Positions 1 to 14,655 of a stretch of 47,207 bases of DNA are shown here, one piece after another. The notes beneath the pieces were generated by a model. The model made no database searches. It was not told where the DNA came from and was given only the letters and a program-made list of their open reading frames with translations. Source of the DNA: Catajapyx aquilonaris (Eukaryota); the NCBI GenBank assembly GCA_000934665.2, contig JYFJ02000771.1, forward strand, positions 62,001 through 109,207, written 5' to 3'. Position 1 is the first letter of the stretch. Each line of letters starts with the position of its first letter. The position numbers were made by a program, and so were the translations under genes.

Positions 1-573
1 ATAATTTGTGCTGAGAGAAGTAATATCCGAGAAGGCTCAATTACTTGTGCATTGAACCTTCATGTGTTGCACTTACTCATTAAAATCTGAACTGGAAGTG
101 AGTCATCAGCAAGGTCATAATACACACTCCTCTCTGCAATCTCATGTGTGACGGGCAAATATAACAGGCAAAAGTTTTCCAAGTAGAAAATCCTGACAGT
201 TGCCCTCCCAGTCGTCTGGTGGAACCTCGCCCGTTTCAAAATACTAGCTTTATGCCAAATTTGAAAAGGTCCAAAAAGAGGAAAATTTTAAGAGCTCCGC
301 TTATTTCCTTGCCCACTTACTGTGAATTTCGAGGTCGTATTATTCGGTCGGGTGTGGTGACCTTTTCCGCCAATTTGAACAAATTCGGGTGACAAGTTAC
401 CTCATCGAAGGGAGGTCCTTTAACTTTTTTTAAAAAAATCTAAATTGGTACCGTTACCATAATAATGACATGCAACGGTAACTTATTGAGGTACATGATA
501 TAGAAATTATTGGGCTTTGACAGGATTAACCATCACTCTCAGTATAACAAAACCCCTCGAATGCGATGTTTTA

Positions 574-698
574 GGGCCGGTTTCACCGAGCTCAGTATAT
601 GATAAAACCAGGGTATTTCTCAAAATCCCTATCTATTTGTATGGATTTTCCTAAAGAAACCTGGTTTTATCATATACCAAGCTCGGTGAAACCGGCCC
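574..698. mobile_element. PIF/Harbinger (Tourist)-like MITE, 125 bp
   Basis: About 38-bp imperfect terminal inverted repeats (GGGCCGGTTTCACCGAGCT...ATATGATAAAACCAGG / CCTGGTTTTATCATAT...AGCTCGGTGAAACCGGCCC), flanked by a 3-bp TTA duplication at 571-573 and 699-701. A TWA TSD is typical of Harbinger. Confidence 0.8.
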
Positions 699-3410
699 TT
701 ACAGTACACTTTATTTGGTTTGTTCCGGTAAACAATACCTGACGAAGTGCTGAACTGAATAGTAACAAAACAGTTTACTTGTACAAGGCGTTATTATAAA
801 ATTGCAATATTTGAAACAAGTGTTTTGAGATCCTTGAAATGCATTGCAGTAGACCAGCTGTGCCTAATTTTCTGCAACGTAATTGCGCATAATGAACAAA
901 TTTTATGGTGTACTGCTTGTTCTAAGCATTAACCTGACACACTGCATGCATATAATTGTTAATTGGTACTGCATAGATAGGATATAATCCATGAAATAGT
1001 TCATGGGGCTGGGAGTCATCACAATAATTTTGAGGCCTCAGTCAAAAAGATTGCAACGAGTTGCAGATATACCAAGAATAATTTCCAACATAACTTGCAT
1101 GAATATCTTGTGATTTCCATATTTTGCGAAGCGGCCTTCTTTTGAATTATTCTCACGCTATGCTAATGTGAGGTATTCGCACTGCTGAATTCCACTATAA
1201 ATGTGCACGCATTGCGCAACACTTATGGCCCATTGAAAACCAGCACGTGCCAATGTAGAGACGACATAGTGACTTGGTATAGGGCACACTAGTTGATGTG
1301 GATTGGAAAGGGCGTAATGCGAAAAGCACTTGGTGCTCCTTCACGCCTGGCGTTGTTCATTAAGCCCATGCACGTGACCTGTGTCCAGATTTGCGTGCGA
1401 TGAAGAAGACGGTCCTCTGCATGCCTCAGGTCAATGTCCCTGACGGTGTCCGTTAGATTTTTAGGGGACGACATCGTCACTCGAAATTTTTACAGGGTGC
1501 GTTTGCTCAACTTTCAAAAAAGAAATCAAAATTGATGATCTCGGTAACAATTTTTGGGTTTTCAAGCGAGATACACACAGAACACATGTGAGAGTGACGG
1601 ACATGATGGTGTCCTTGGTGCAGAGTAATTGTCTTTAGAACAGGCGGGAATGCCTTGGAAATGCCACCATCGTGCTAAACTTGGCCCTTCATCTTCCTTA
1701 TGCAGTCCTCTTTTGGAGGACGTCACGCGACTGGTGGCATTCATTTGAATCCGCACTTTTTCCAGAAACGCATAATGTTTACTCCATGCTTACTGACGAT
1801 ACTGTACAGTGTGCGTTTCACACACGATCCATGTGTGTGCATTTTCACTTTAAGCAGCAAACAATTAAGGCTCGCGATGCCGGAAGGAGAGAGGGATTCA
1901 TCATTATGTACTGCTGAAACCGATGCAACTTACATGGTATCCTGCACAGGATAAGTAAGCATCATTAGCGGAATACAATTGCAGAGAATGACTACTGCTG
2001 CTGGATAAAGACCTTGAGTTTTAATTGGTGGCGAATTGCAATAAAATTACAGGCAACGAAATCTTTTTAGTTTACCAATCCGGACTGTAACTCGGGAATG
2101 TAGCATATTTAAAATGTGCTGGGCAAACGGTGCTTTCCCAATAGCATTTTAGTTTAATTTTAATTATTGCTTTACCGTCGGCATGAGCGCAAAATAATCG
2201 GAGAATTTTTAAACGTCTTAGTTCAAAATTAATTGTAAAGGCACGTTTAACTACTTTCCACAACACAACTGTGTTGTTATATCAATTTACTAAATCCTTA
2301 TCCTATATAAAGAATTCTGAGGATGTAACTTTCTGCCACCTTGCCATGTAAAAATTATAGCGTTTAAATGATTCTTTAAAATCATTGCTATACTTCTTTC
2401 AAACGGGACACTGCGGATGTATTGTCCGGAGAAGTTGCAGCATTGTAATGCAAATTAGTTTTAAATATTTGTAAACTATTCTTGTTACAAATTACAAGGC
2501 TTGGACTCGTTCCTGATGCAGTCTCTACCAGATTGAAACGTGATACCATAGCACATATGTATCTACCTAAGATAACATTGCCGGAAATTACATTTCATAA
2601 GTAGCAATAATGTTTCTTGGAACACAACATTCCGAATATTATTTTATAACAATCTTCCTGGCCCTGTGGCCTAATATGTGGAGAATCACAAGCTGACAAA
2701 CATAAGTAGGCTACCACATATTCCGTGGCTCATCATTTATCTGGAAGATAGTCTACTGTACTCTTATTTGTTGCGAAGGATTTTTCTTTTATCATTTTTC
2801 TTTTCGGCCTTCATTACGACGACGTCGGTTTCACTCTGCTGAGATGATAACGATTCGCGTCGTGTAGAACGGATCCCGAGTCACGCAAGCTGACTCCTTA
2901 TTGCCGCGACACCATAGCCTCATCCGGAGTACAATGTACTGTACGGATACATTAATAACGAATCTCAAAGAGAAATAAAAGATCCCCCACATTGTGTTCG
3001 GACACTGCGAGCTCCTAATCTGGGTCCAGCAGCACTCACCTGAGCAATGGAAAGACTCTGTCCGTGGTGTCTGACCCCATCTCTTATGCTTGTGTCTCTT
3101 GTTCCTCGCGCACAACGTTCACATGATCACATCCAAACACAAGCACCACAAGCACCTCATCCAACAATACGACGGAATGTGCAGGACTATAGCGGAGACA
3201 AATGTGGAAGGGCGTGTCCCCTATAGTGTGAAGCTTGAAGCACCGATGCTTCTTGTCTTCAGGAGTCTTCCTCTTGTTGTGCACCGGGCATGGAAGCGCG
3301 GCTGTCTAAGAGCCCCTTGGCCTGCCCCACTTTCTTCCTTGCATGTCACCCATTCCTCTCCTCCTCGGGTATTATACACTATTTAACAGGGAGACCCGCC
3401 CCAACAAAAC

Positions 3411-3648
3411 CTAATCAGTTGCGGAGGTTGTAAGCATGTCTTCTTCTTCTTCTTCCAGGGGCATCAGCCTGTGCATAATTACGTAGAACTGTCTCGGGTC
3501 TCCAGTTCAATAATCGGGCGAAAGTGACGCGTGCTCGATCCAATCCGATCGGCTGATTGCGTTCCTGGCTGGTACACCCAAGGTGCCGTACCATACCTGA
3601 TTGCATCACCCTCACTCTCACTCTTCTTCCTCTTCTTCGGATGGATAG
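3411..3648 (-). CDS. Two putative 3' coding exons (3648-3597, 3468-3411) of an unidentified gene, ending ...IHPKKRKKSESEGDAIRLMPLEEEEEDMLTTSATD*
   Basis: Strong polypyrimidine acceptor (ttccttccttcatcttcccag), AG|gtatgg donor and gcacag| acceptor join in frame. The product has a basic NLS-like patch and an acidic tail. Upstream exons could not be linked. Confidence 0.3.
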
Positions 3649-5848
3649 CTGGGAAGATGAAGGAAGGAAGGAAGGGACACACAGATGGGGTTGACCACAA
3701 TTAACCATACTATTGGTTTAGACTTCACCTTGGGAGAGTGCTGATGGTTGATTTTTTTAAACTGCTCATAGAGTCAATGATAGGATGGTCCACGAGCGAA
3801 TATTTGTTAACCCAAGCAATCAGTGTTAAAAGGAAGCAACCTTTTGAAAATAGAAAAAAGACAATTAGAGCTACTTTCACTTATGTTTGTTGCTTCTCTT
3901 TAAACTAGTTTCTGGGGTATAACTTCCAACCCGTACCTCCCTCGTGAGCAGTGCCCAGCATTGTGTTAGGTGTAATTAGTGCATAATTACTTTCAAATAA
4001 CTTGCAGGGTCTCTATTGGATCGACATTTGGATTGTGTGCAGGTGGACATTTTGGCCATTTGGAGGGGGAGAAAGCATCTTTTTCATGTGTACTGTTGCA
4101 CTGTCTCGAAACAAGCCGACGAATGAAGAGAAAATAGCCATGGAAAAAGTGTCGAGCTCAAAGTGATTCTCAGCCGAAGAAGCACGCAGCTACTTTTAAT
4201 TTCTCTTTTTGTTGTCACTTGCGGATTCAAGCATAGGGACATGCAAAGTAGCAGCCTAAACATTCTAATATGCACATGTGCTCGCAACAACATGGGTCTG
4301 AGAGGGTCCCTTTTTTAGGGCAATGAAGGATGAATGGATGGATGGAGGTAGTCACTCAGCCTTGCAGAGAGGAACTAGGCTGTGACTTTACAAACTTCTG
4401 ATGACGGCTTATCTGCAATAAAGTGCTTCCAACGGGGGTAACATAACAATATTGCCCCAGTTTTATCGGGCCTTGATCACTTGGAAATCGAAAGGACTTT
4501 AGGTGTCGACGTTTTGTCCATTGTTCCAGTTAGTTTTTGTCAAACAAGATGCACCGCAATATTGTGCATGCCCTACTATTAAGGTGGGACAGGAATAATT
4601 TATAGCAGGCATCTCTCTTTCGCCTCGTTTATCATGAGGGACAGCAGTGAGACAATCTGCTTCTGTATTATATGGAAAGAGACCAGTGCTGATAACTGCT
4701 GAGCATGCACCTTGCTTCCTACATATGCACATCAGGTGCAGTGACTTATGGCAATGTTATAGGAACAGGATTCCAGTCTTAGACATGTCTGCCATCTGAT
4801 ATGCAGGAAAAGGCTCGCATTATTTCGGGTTTTTACAGAGAGCGTTGGGAAGTACTGTATATTGCTAATTTCATCATGCTGTAAGTATAATAAAAACTGT
4901 GCAGTACTTTAGAACACCATTGTTAATGTCGGATTTCAGAGTTGCACTGCTGTAAGATTTGTCAAATTCAGCTTTGTAATATGTTAATTTTGAAAGAACA
5001 AAATGCCCCTTCTCGGAACTTTCATTTCTGTTCATGTTTGGTGTCCGTCCTTTATCGCAAAAGCTTTGAAAGTGGCCAAATCTGTGACAGCAACAAGAAA
5101 GGGCAAGTGCAGCAGAATGAAGGTGAAATGTGACAAGGAAGAGTATGCGAGGACCTCCTCATCATCTCGTACGGCACCAGCATGTTCGGATGTTGCTGGA
5201 CCTTACCCTTCATTCCCGACGACCAGCCTTCTGGAAAACAAGATGCCGATCCTCTTCCGGGCACTTATTCCGCATTGAAGGAGAGGGACTCTTTTTGCAG
5301 CAGAAACTGTTTGCATCACGACCTTCATCTTCACCCTATTCATTTACTGCTGGAGCTGATTCCGGTGCAAGAAGCAACAGCACCTGCCCTAATCTTCCGA
5401 TGTCATCTAATGGAGAACCGCGCAGCATCGGTGTCTCATGCCCTTGGAACCAGCAGTCATCTAAGGGGCCATGACGAAGAATGTCCAGTAACGAGGCCGA
5501 ATTTCGCGAAATAATTATTCCAGGGAGAAATCGGAGCACCGCAGAAAATAAATGCCTCCTTGCGTGCTGGGCACGAGCGCACAACAAGAAGAAAATAATC
5601 TGGGAAAGTGTGCGGACACAAAATGACCCAGAAGAAGACCAAGAGAGCCGCTTGCTTCTGTTGCCTTTGGAGACACTTTCCGTCGCAAATCAGAGCGCAG
5701 AATTATCTCTTTTGCGCTCTGGATGACATGAATATATACGGAAACCCGTTATTGGTTCAACCCTAACGAAAAGCGAACTTGCGCAGTTTGTAAAAATTTT
5801 TATTGGGGGTCGGTAGGGTTATTTTGAAGCGATAGACTTCATGTCATA

Positions 5849-6649
5849 TTACGGATTGTTGAGCCTCGCAGTGGCAACAGATGTATTTGGGCGGAAGCTG
5901 GCTGTTGCCATGCTCTTCGGGATGCCGGGCGTTCTCGCGCGTGGACGCACGGCTGGCAGGCGCTTCTGACCTGGTTGACGATCTTCACCACTGGAAGTAT
6001 CAGCATCAGCATATGCAGTTTATGCACCCTATTTTAAAATATATATAATACTGAGCCCTTCTTACTCGCATTGCATGGCCTCCACTTCAGAGTCAGCCAT
6101 GAAGTCTGACTTGTTGGCCAGCGTGCACATGGACCGAGATGACTTTAGGAATGGAGGTACCCGGTACCAGAAGCTGATGGTCGGCCTGACCAGGATGTGT
6201 CCACTGGAGCTGCGGCCTTCTTCCAGCATACTTGGGTCGCGCTCAGTCCGCTGGTCGCAATGGCCCAGTATGTCTCCGCAGGAGCTGCACTTTGGTATCA
6301 GGCTTTGCGACGACGTCTGGTAACACAGAGACTGACCCCTCTCGTATATGGCAGAGAAGGAGCACGTGGAACTTGGCGTAGTGGAAAGGGTCGTCCTGGA
6401 TGAGACGGATGACTCGGATGACCCGCAGGTTTTGGCACCGGCAGAAACAGCCATTGCGGCCTCGTACACTACGTCAATGTCCATATCTTCCACCTGAGGG
6501 ACACATGTCGGTTTCTAATTATCACATCGATAGGTAACTGCCATCCCCCCAATATTAGAGAAGCGTTCTGCCGAAGTTGGTGTTTACCAAAGTGTCGATA
6601 TTCGCCTACTTACCGCATCCATCATGCTGCTTTCCTGAGCAACATCCAT
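5849..6649 (-). CDS. Putative orphan spliced gene, about 200 aa (exons 6649-6614, 6493-6066, 5990-5849; 3' end uncertain)
   Basis: ATG at 6649 (MDVAQESSMMDA), GCG|gtaagt donor, ccctcag| acceptor, a 143-codon open exon, GA|gtaag donor and cttccag| acceptor all keep the frame. Ser/Thr-rich with one CxxC (CSSC). No recognisable domain. Confidence 0.45.
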
Positions 6650-8421
6650 GTTTGGGTGATTTGAATGGAGAAGCGGGAGAAGCGTAAGCTACTGAAATTT
6701 GAAGAATACACTTTTGGAATGAGTTTCGCAACCAAATGCAAACAACCGCGGAGTTGCCCAGGAAACATGTCGAATATCCGCATTTATAACATGTAACAAA
6801 AATAATTAGTGCCGCAGAGACCAAAGGCAGAGAACACAGTCAAGAGTATTTATGCGTTGGCCTATAGGCTATATTATAGCCTAGGACCCTAGGTTACTCT
6901 TGACTCGTGTTCACACGCTCGGTCATAGCGATGAGAGCAGCGAGAATCCTTTTCTCGCACTCCAGCATTTGTCGGTTGACTTCTCGCCCACGCTAATGTC
7001 TCTCATTGGCTAGAAAAAGAGGTTCTCTCGTCTTGGTGAACACACCTTTACTTATTGACATCAGCAGGCAAGTATTCTTCTTGTTAGCTGTGGGAAACAA
7101 TTGGATTAGGCTACGAGGTATGCTGTGGTTGTTGACAACAATTGACAACAATAAGGGTCGGTATGCAATGTATGCTATTTCCGCGACTTGCGACGATATC
7201 ATGTAAAAGCTATATTACAACAGAATAATAATGGTATAATGCATGTGAGGGAACTTGGGGACACAAAACAATATGGTGGTGATGGTCAGGTAGGACTGTG
7301 GGGCTAATCCGGAAGTATAGCCGTCCTTTCTGCCTATACGCTCGACGACCGTTTCCCTTGACAAAATGCTTCCGTGCTCTTCCACGTGACTACTGCTTCT
7401 GCCTCAGAAGATGGGCAGTTACCCCGTGCTCTCGTCCCATATAATTATCATCTCCACTTGCACTGCAACCCCATCCTATGGAGGTACACTCTAACTGTAT
7501 ACCAGCATAGATATGCTCTCACTGCATATAACCGGGTTTCAGAATGAACCTGCCAAGACACTGATTACATTTACAAGCAACGAGGAAACCGAATCCGGTC
7601 CAGTTGCTACTCTAAGTGTTGCTATAGTCAGCTATAGTGAAGAGACACAAACTTCTTGTTTCTTATATTTTATGGTACTCCGTGTCAGACATGGGATTGG
7701 GGGAAAAAATTGTCCATAGCAATCAGACACTGCGCGTGAGTTGGACAATCAGGTCAACCTAGAGTGGATTTCGTACGTTTAAAGGGTGAATATAAAGGGA
7801 ATCTGAGTGAATACTGTGGAATATCCTATCCATTGCAGATAGGTCAAGTTTGATCCTTTCTGTGTAAATGTGAAGTCGTGTGAAGTATGGTACAGTACAG
7901 TACATTGCTCAATGCTGGTTCAAGAGGAGTGTTCACAGTTCACTCTAGCAACCAGTTTGAAAACAAGTAACAATCATGGTGATTGCTACTCCCAATGTCT
8001 TTCTCATCTTAAAACTGGTTAACAATTCGCATCAGCACCTGTCTTCCTCGAGAACTGTGAACTTGAGAAATACATTCTGATGCACTTGTTGCTGTTTCTC
8101 TCAGCCAAATGCATGCAGATGGTGCTGGTAGCAGTCCTCTCCCAGCAACCTGGCGCCTCTATCGTCTGGCGCCACACTCTCTTTCGATGCACTAGCCGCC
8201 AACGTGTACAAATGAATACAATCATGCATGCCTGGAGGTGATCACATCCATCAAGGTCTCTCGCCAACATGTGACGTCGGATCATTCTTGTGCCTGGCAT
8301 GCATAATCAGCAGCAGGCGGCCTTTTTTGCTCAATCTCTCTCTTTGTCTGCTTCATCGTGCATTGTGTGTATCGAGAATCGAGAAACCACGTGCCAGGAC
8401 ACATTACACAATCAGGAAGAG

Positions 8422-8663
8422 ATGAGGTGAGCAGGTTTCTGCTCAAGGACTTCCTTCCTTCCCATGCTGAGGCTGGTAGATTGTATCCTGCGAATAAAAG
8501 GTCAATCAGAGGAGGCGGAGCTGTACGTCAGATGATGCAGGGGTACATAGGGTGTGCACAAAAAAATAGTGTTGCTGTGAAAGGCCTTGGCCAGCACCTG
8601 ACTGCTGCTGCCGCCACCACCTTTTCTGACTACGCACACACCTTTTGTTGCCGGAAGCATTGA
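8422..8663 (+). CDS. Putative upstream ORF of TDH: 55 aa if spliced (8422-8426 + 8501-8663), or 43 aa from ATG 8532
   Basis: ATG AG|gtgagc donor at 8427 and a 74-nt intron to aaag| at 8500 put ATG 8422 in frame. Tandem ATGs at 8532/8535. The stop TGA at 8661-8663 is in the same frame as TDH ATG 8748. Confidence 0.5.
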
Positions 8664-8747
8664 CGTGTAAACTACTCGCGGAATCACCAGAGATTTTGGT
8701 TGCATTGGTGTCATACCGCACACATAGGAAGAGCAATTGGAACAATA

Positions 8748-11740
<2,993 letters not shown>

Positions 11741-12062
11741 GTCGTGTCCATCATGGCTGCCTCGAGAAAGGTCTCATCGTCGTCATCTCCCCACATTGTT
11801 GCTGGCTCTTCTTTCACAGGATCTTGAGTGTACATCACTGCACGTGTTGTTGGCATGCCTAAAGACAGAATTTTTATATGAAGAGCAGCTAAATGCAGAA
11901 CTGATGCCACAAAATAACAGTCAAATTTCAGTCAAGAGGTTATTGGCCAACCTAAGTATTGGCACAGGTAAACTTGCTCACTCTTTCCTCATACTTGCCA
12001 TGAACAGTCAGCCCCTGGTTATAACTGGGGGCTGACTGTACAGTGTACAGTAATTTCATGAC

Positions 12063-12173
12063 CAGGGATGGAAAAAGTACCGCTTCCTTCCAAGAAGCGC
12101 TTCTTTTTTCCATGTGCAGGGATAGAAAAAGAACCGCTTACCGCCCAAAGAAGCGGTTCTTTTTCCATCCCTG
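12063..12173. mobile_element. hAT-like MITE, 111 bp
   Basis: TIR CAGGGATGGAAAAAG...CTTTTTCCATCCCTG with a perfect 8-bp TSD TTCATGAC (12055-12062 and 12174-12181). Confidence 0.85.
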
Positions 12174-12637
12174 TTCATGACAATAACTTATGAGACAAGG
12201 GTCTCTTTGGAAACTTCTGATTTAATTTTTGAATGTCCTTTTTTGTGTCATGTCTAGTATGGTACTTGAGCTGCTATATAGTAATTTTTCGTGTGCCCAA
12301 TTGTATGCATGACATGGTAAGTGAATTATTCTAATCTTTATCAGAAGCTGTACTGGGAAACTGGTGTGAGTGTAACTTAGGTCTGTTGCACTAGGTTGGA
12401 TGCATTAATTAGTTGTGATCAATAGATACCCAGAATAAGTGATTAAATCTATGCAAATAACATGGATCAACCCTTGCTCTGGATTTACCATCACACAACT
12501 CTGGTTATTCGGAATTGGCAGCAATTATTAACAAATAACTTCCATCGAATCTGTGATACTGTACTTAATGTACCTAACCCAGTGCAACTGCTCCTTATCT
12601 AAGGAGTACTAGGCCTATAATTTTTTATACAATATTT

Positions 12638-14467
12638 TCAAACAGCATTGTAAGAAGATGAATTTTCAATCAGAAAACTACAAATGGTAATGGAGGAAGT
12701 GTTATACTTACTCTTAGGTGCCTGAGGCATGTTTCCTTGCAGTACATTTCGACTTTCTTCAAAGTACTGGTTTGGATGGTTTATTCCTGAGGCCAACTCG
12801 CAGTTGTTTGACCCCTCAAAGTACCGCTGGCATGCTATTTGGTAGTGACCTTTGACAGCCATGTCCACCGTGGCTTGCAGGGCAGCACTTCCAATTTTGG
12901 GCTGTCCAGGGGCAGTTAGCCTGCTCCTGAGGGTCGTTTGGTCCCAGTGTTTGAATGGGCAGCCATGAGCATCACCTGCCCCAACAGACTGTCCGATGAT
13001 ACGCATGCAACTATATGGAGTGTAGTCAGTTCTCTTGCCTTCCTTTCCATAAGAATGACGGATGTTGTAGGCATAACTGCGCTCAAACTTGTCTGCATCC
13101 ATCAGCTTGGTAAACTCTTCACGCCAGAACATTAGCGCATCTTGTATTGTCAGTCCAGCCCCTTTTAGAAACAGGCCATACTGCAAGCGACTGCCATGCT
13201 TCAAATGGTGGTTAGTACGCAAGTTCAAATGCAGGAAGCGCATACATGGGGGAAATGAGGTTGCAGCTGCATCAATATCACGCACTGTCAACATGCCGTC
13301 TGATTTCCCTTGAGCATAGTCATTTCCAATGTATGCTTGATGGAAGTTTTGCAGGAATTTCAGACGCGGATCAACCAACTCGCCAAGGGCACGACCGGTC
13401 CTAGCCAGACCTTCAGACACAACTAGACGAAAATCAGCACTGACCAATGACGCCAGATCAGTGGATGGGACGTATGCTAGACCCTTTCTAACCAGCACTT
13501 TTCGGGCTCGAACAAGGTCAACAGCAGATGTGAACGGGACAAGGTAGAAGTCAAGTGAAGCACCATTTGGGGTTGCATCCTGCAGGAGTGACTGCAGCTC
13601 AGAACTACGGTCACTTGGCATAGACACAGCATAATGTAGCTTGTTCAAGGCCAGGAAGTCACGTATCTCCTGTGGCTTTTGTAATGCAAAACGGAGTCGG
13701 AACAGATCAAGTTCGTGGGTGAGAAACCAGCGACGGAGGTCCTCTGTGCGGCAGTAAGCAAGACGAAGAGCAAAGTGTCCAATATGATCTCTGTGTCGTT
13801 GCACCAAGTCATCCTCTGATTTCTGTAAAAGGTAAAGATTCCAGCTTACATGAGATGGGAGTAGATGAAGCTTGCATCAGAAAGTGGGATCATAGCCAAG
13901 TACAGTCGTAAAGAAGGTGAAATCAGCTACGTACACACTGGTAGTACAGCTTCAGCTTCTGTTTCCGCAGGTCATCTGTAATCATCTTTGACCATTCTTC
14001 CGACATCTTCCTCTTTCCGCTCAAGTTGGCCCTCTCAATGACCCGCAGCACTGTAATACAACATGCAATTCAGTAAAGCCTTCAATGACATTCAATGACA
14101 ATTCAAAAATTCTGTCCTATAAAATTAAACAGACGTGTTGCGATGACGTCATTATAGTCAAAATGAGTTGACGTCATCACCGCGTCTGTCACTTCTCCCA
14201 ACTGGTAATATTGTACGTCTCCAAACCTTTGATCCTGTCAGCGGCGACCTCCTCCACGTCGTGCAACGACACATATCCGTTCGGTGGCAGCCTGTAGAGC
14301 TGCAGCGGATGCGGGTAGTCGGCCAGCAGCTTCTCCTCGGTGGGCAGGACATCCAGATGCTCCCGGAGGTACAGGGGCGGTCCTGCTCCGCCAGTCGCAG
14401 CGTCCCTGTAGAGCCTCCTGGCCCTCCTGCTCCTGGCCTGGTCCTTTGCGTTGGATGCGAACTGCAT
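12638..14467 (-). CDS. PRIM2: DNA primase large subunit (p58); exons 14467-14227, 14050-13935, 13822-12638 (extreme C-terminus uncertain)
   Basis: YPHPLQLY, RDHIGHFALRLAYCRTEDLRRWF, FPPCM, HHLKHGSRLQYGLFLKG, YAYNIRHSYGKEGKRTDYTPYSC, HGCPF, HYQIAC and HPNQYFEESR. The four [4Fe-4S] cysteine motifs are present and splice phases are consistent. Confidence 0.95.
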
Positions 14468-14655
14468 TGTTGTCCGTCCGACTCTCCAAGTCCCAAAATC
14501 CTTTCTTCGCCGCCCGCCGGTTGCTTCCCTCCCTCCCTCCCCACTACTCTTTCCCGCCTGCCGGTCAGGGTTGCCAGACGGAGACAGATGGCGTTGGCAA
14601 CAGTGTTGTGCATTCGCCTGGCAACATCTGCTCGGAGGAGGAGGATTCGAACGCG
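14468..14655. promoter_or_regulatory. Bidirectional promoter/5' UTR region shared by PRIM2 and LMBRD1
   Basis: The divergent ATGs are only 188 bp apart. The region is GC-rich with three TGGCAAC/GTTGCCA motifs (14566-14577, 14594-14605, 14618-14627) and a YY1-like AGATGGCG (14586-14593). Confidence 0.7.

Noticed and set aside
5003..5726. Plus-strand ORF chain separated by a TGA
   Set aside because: No recognisable homology, and the splice signals favour the minus strand.
8661..8663. Selenocysteine codon in an extended TDH
   Set aside because: No SECIS recognised by eye in the TDH 3' region, and TDH is complete from ATG 8748 with its own presequence. Not formally excluded.
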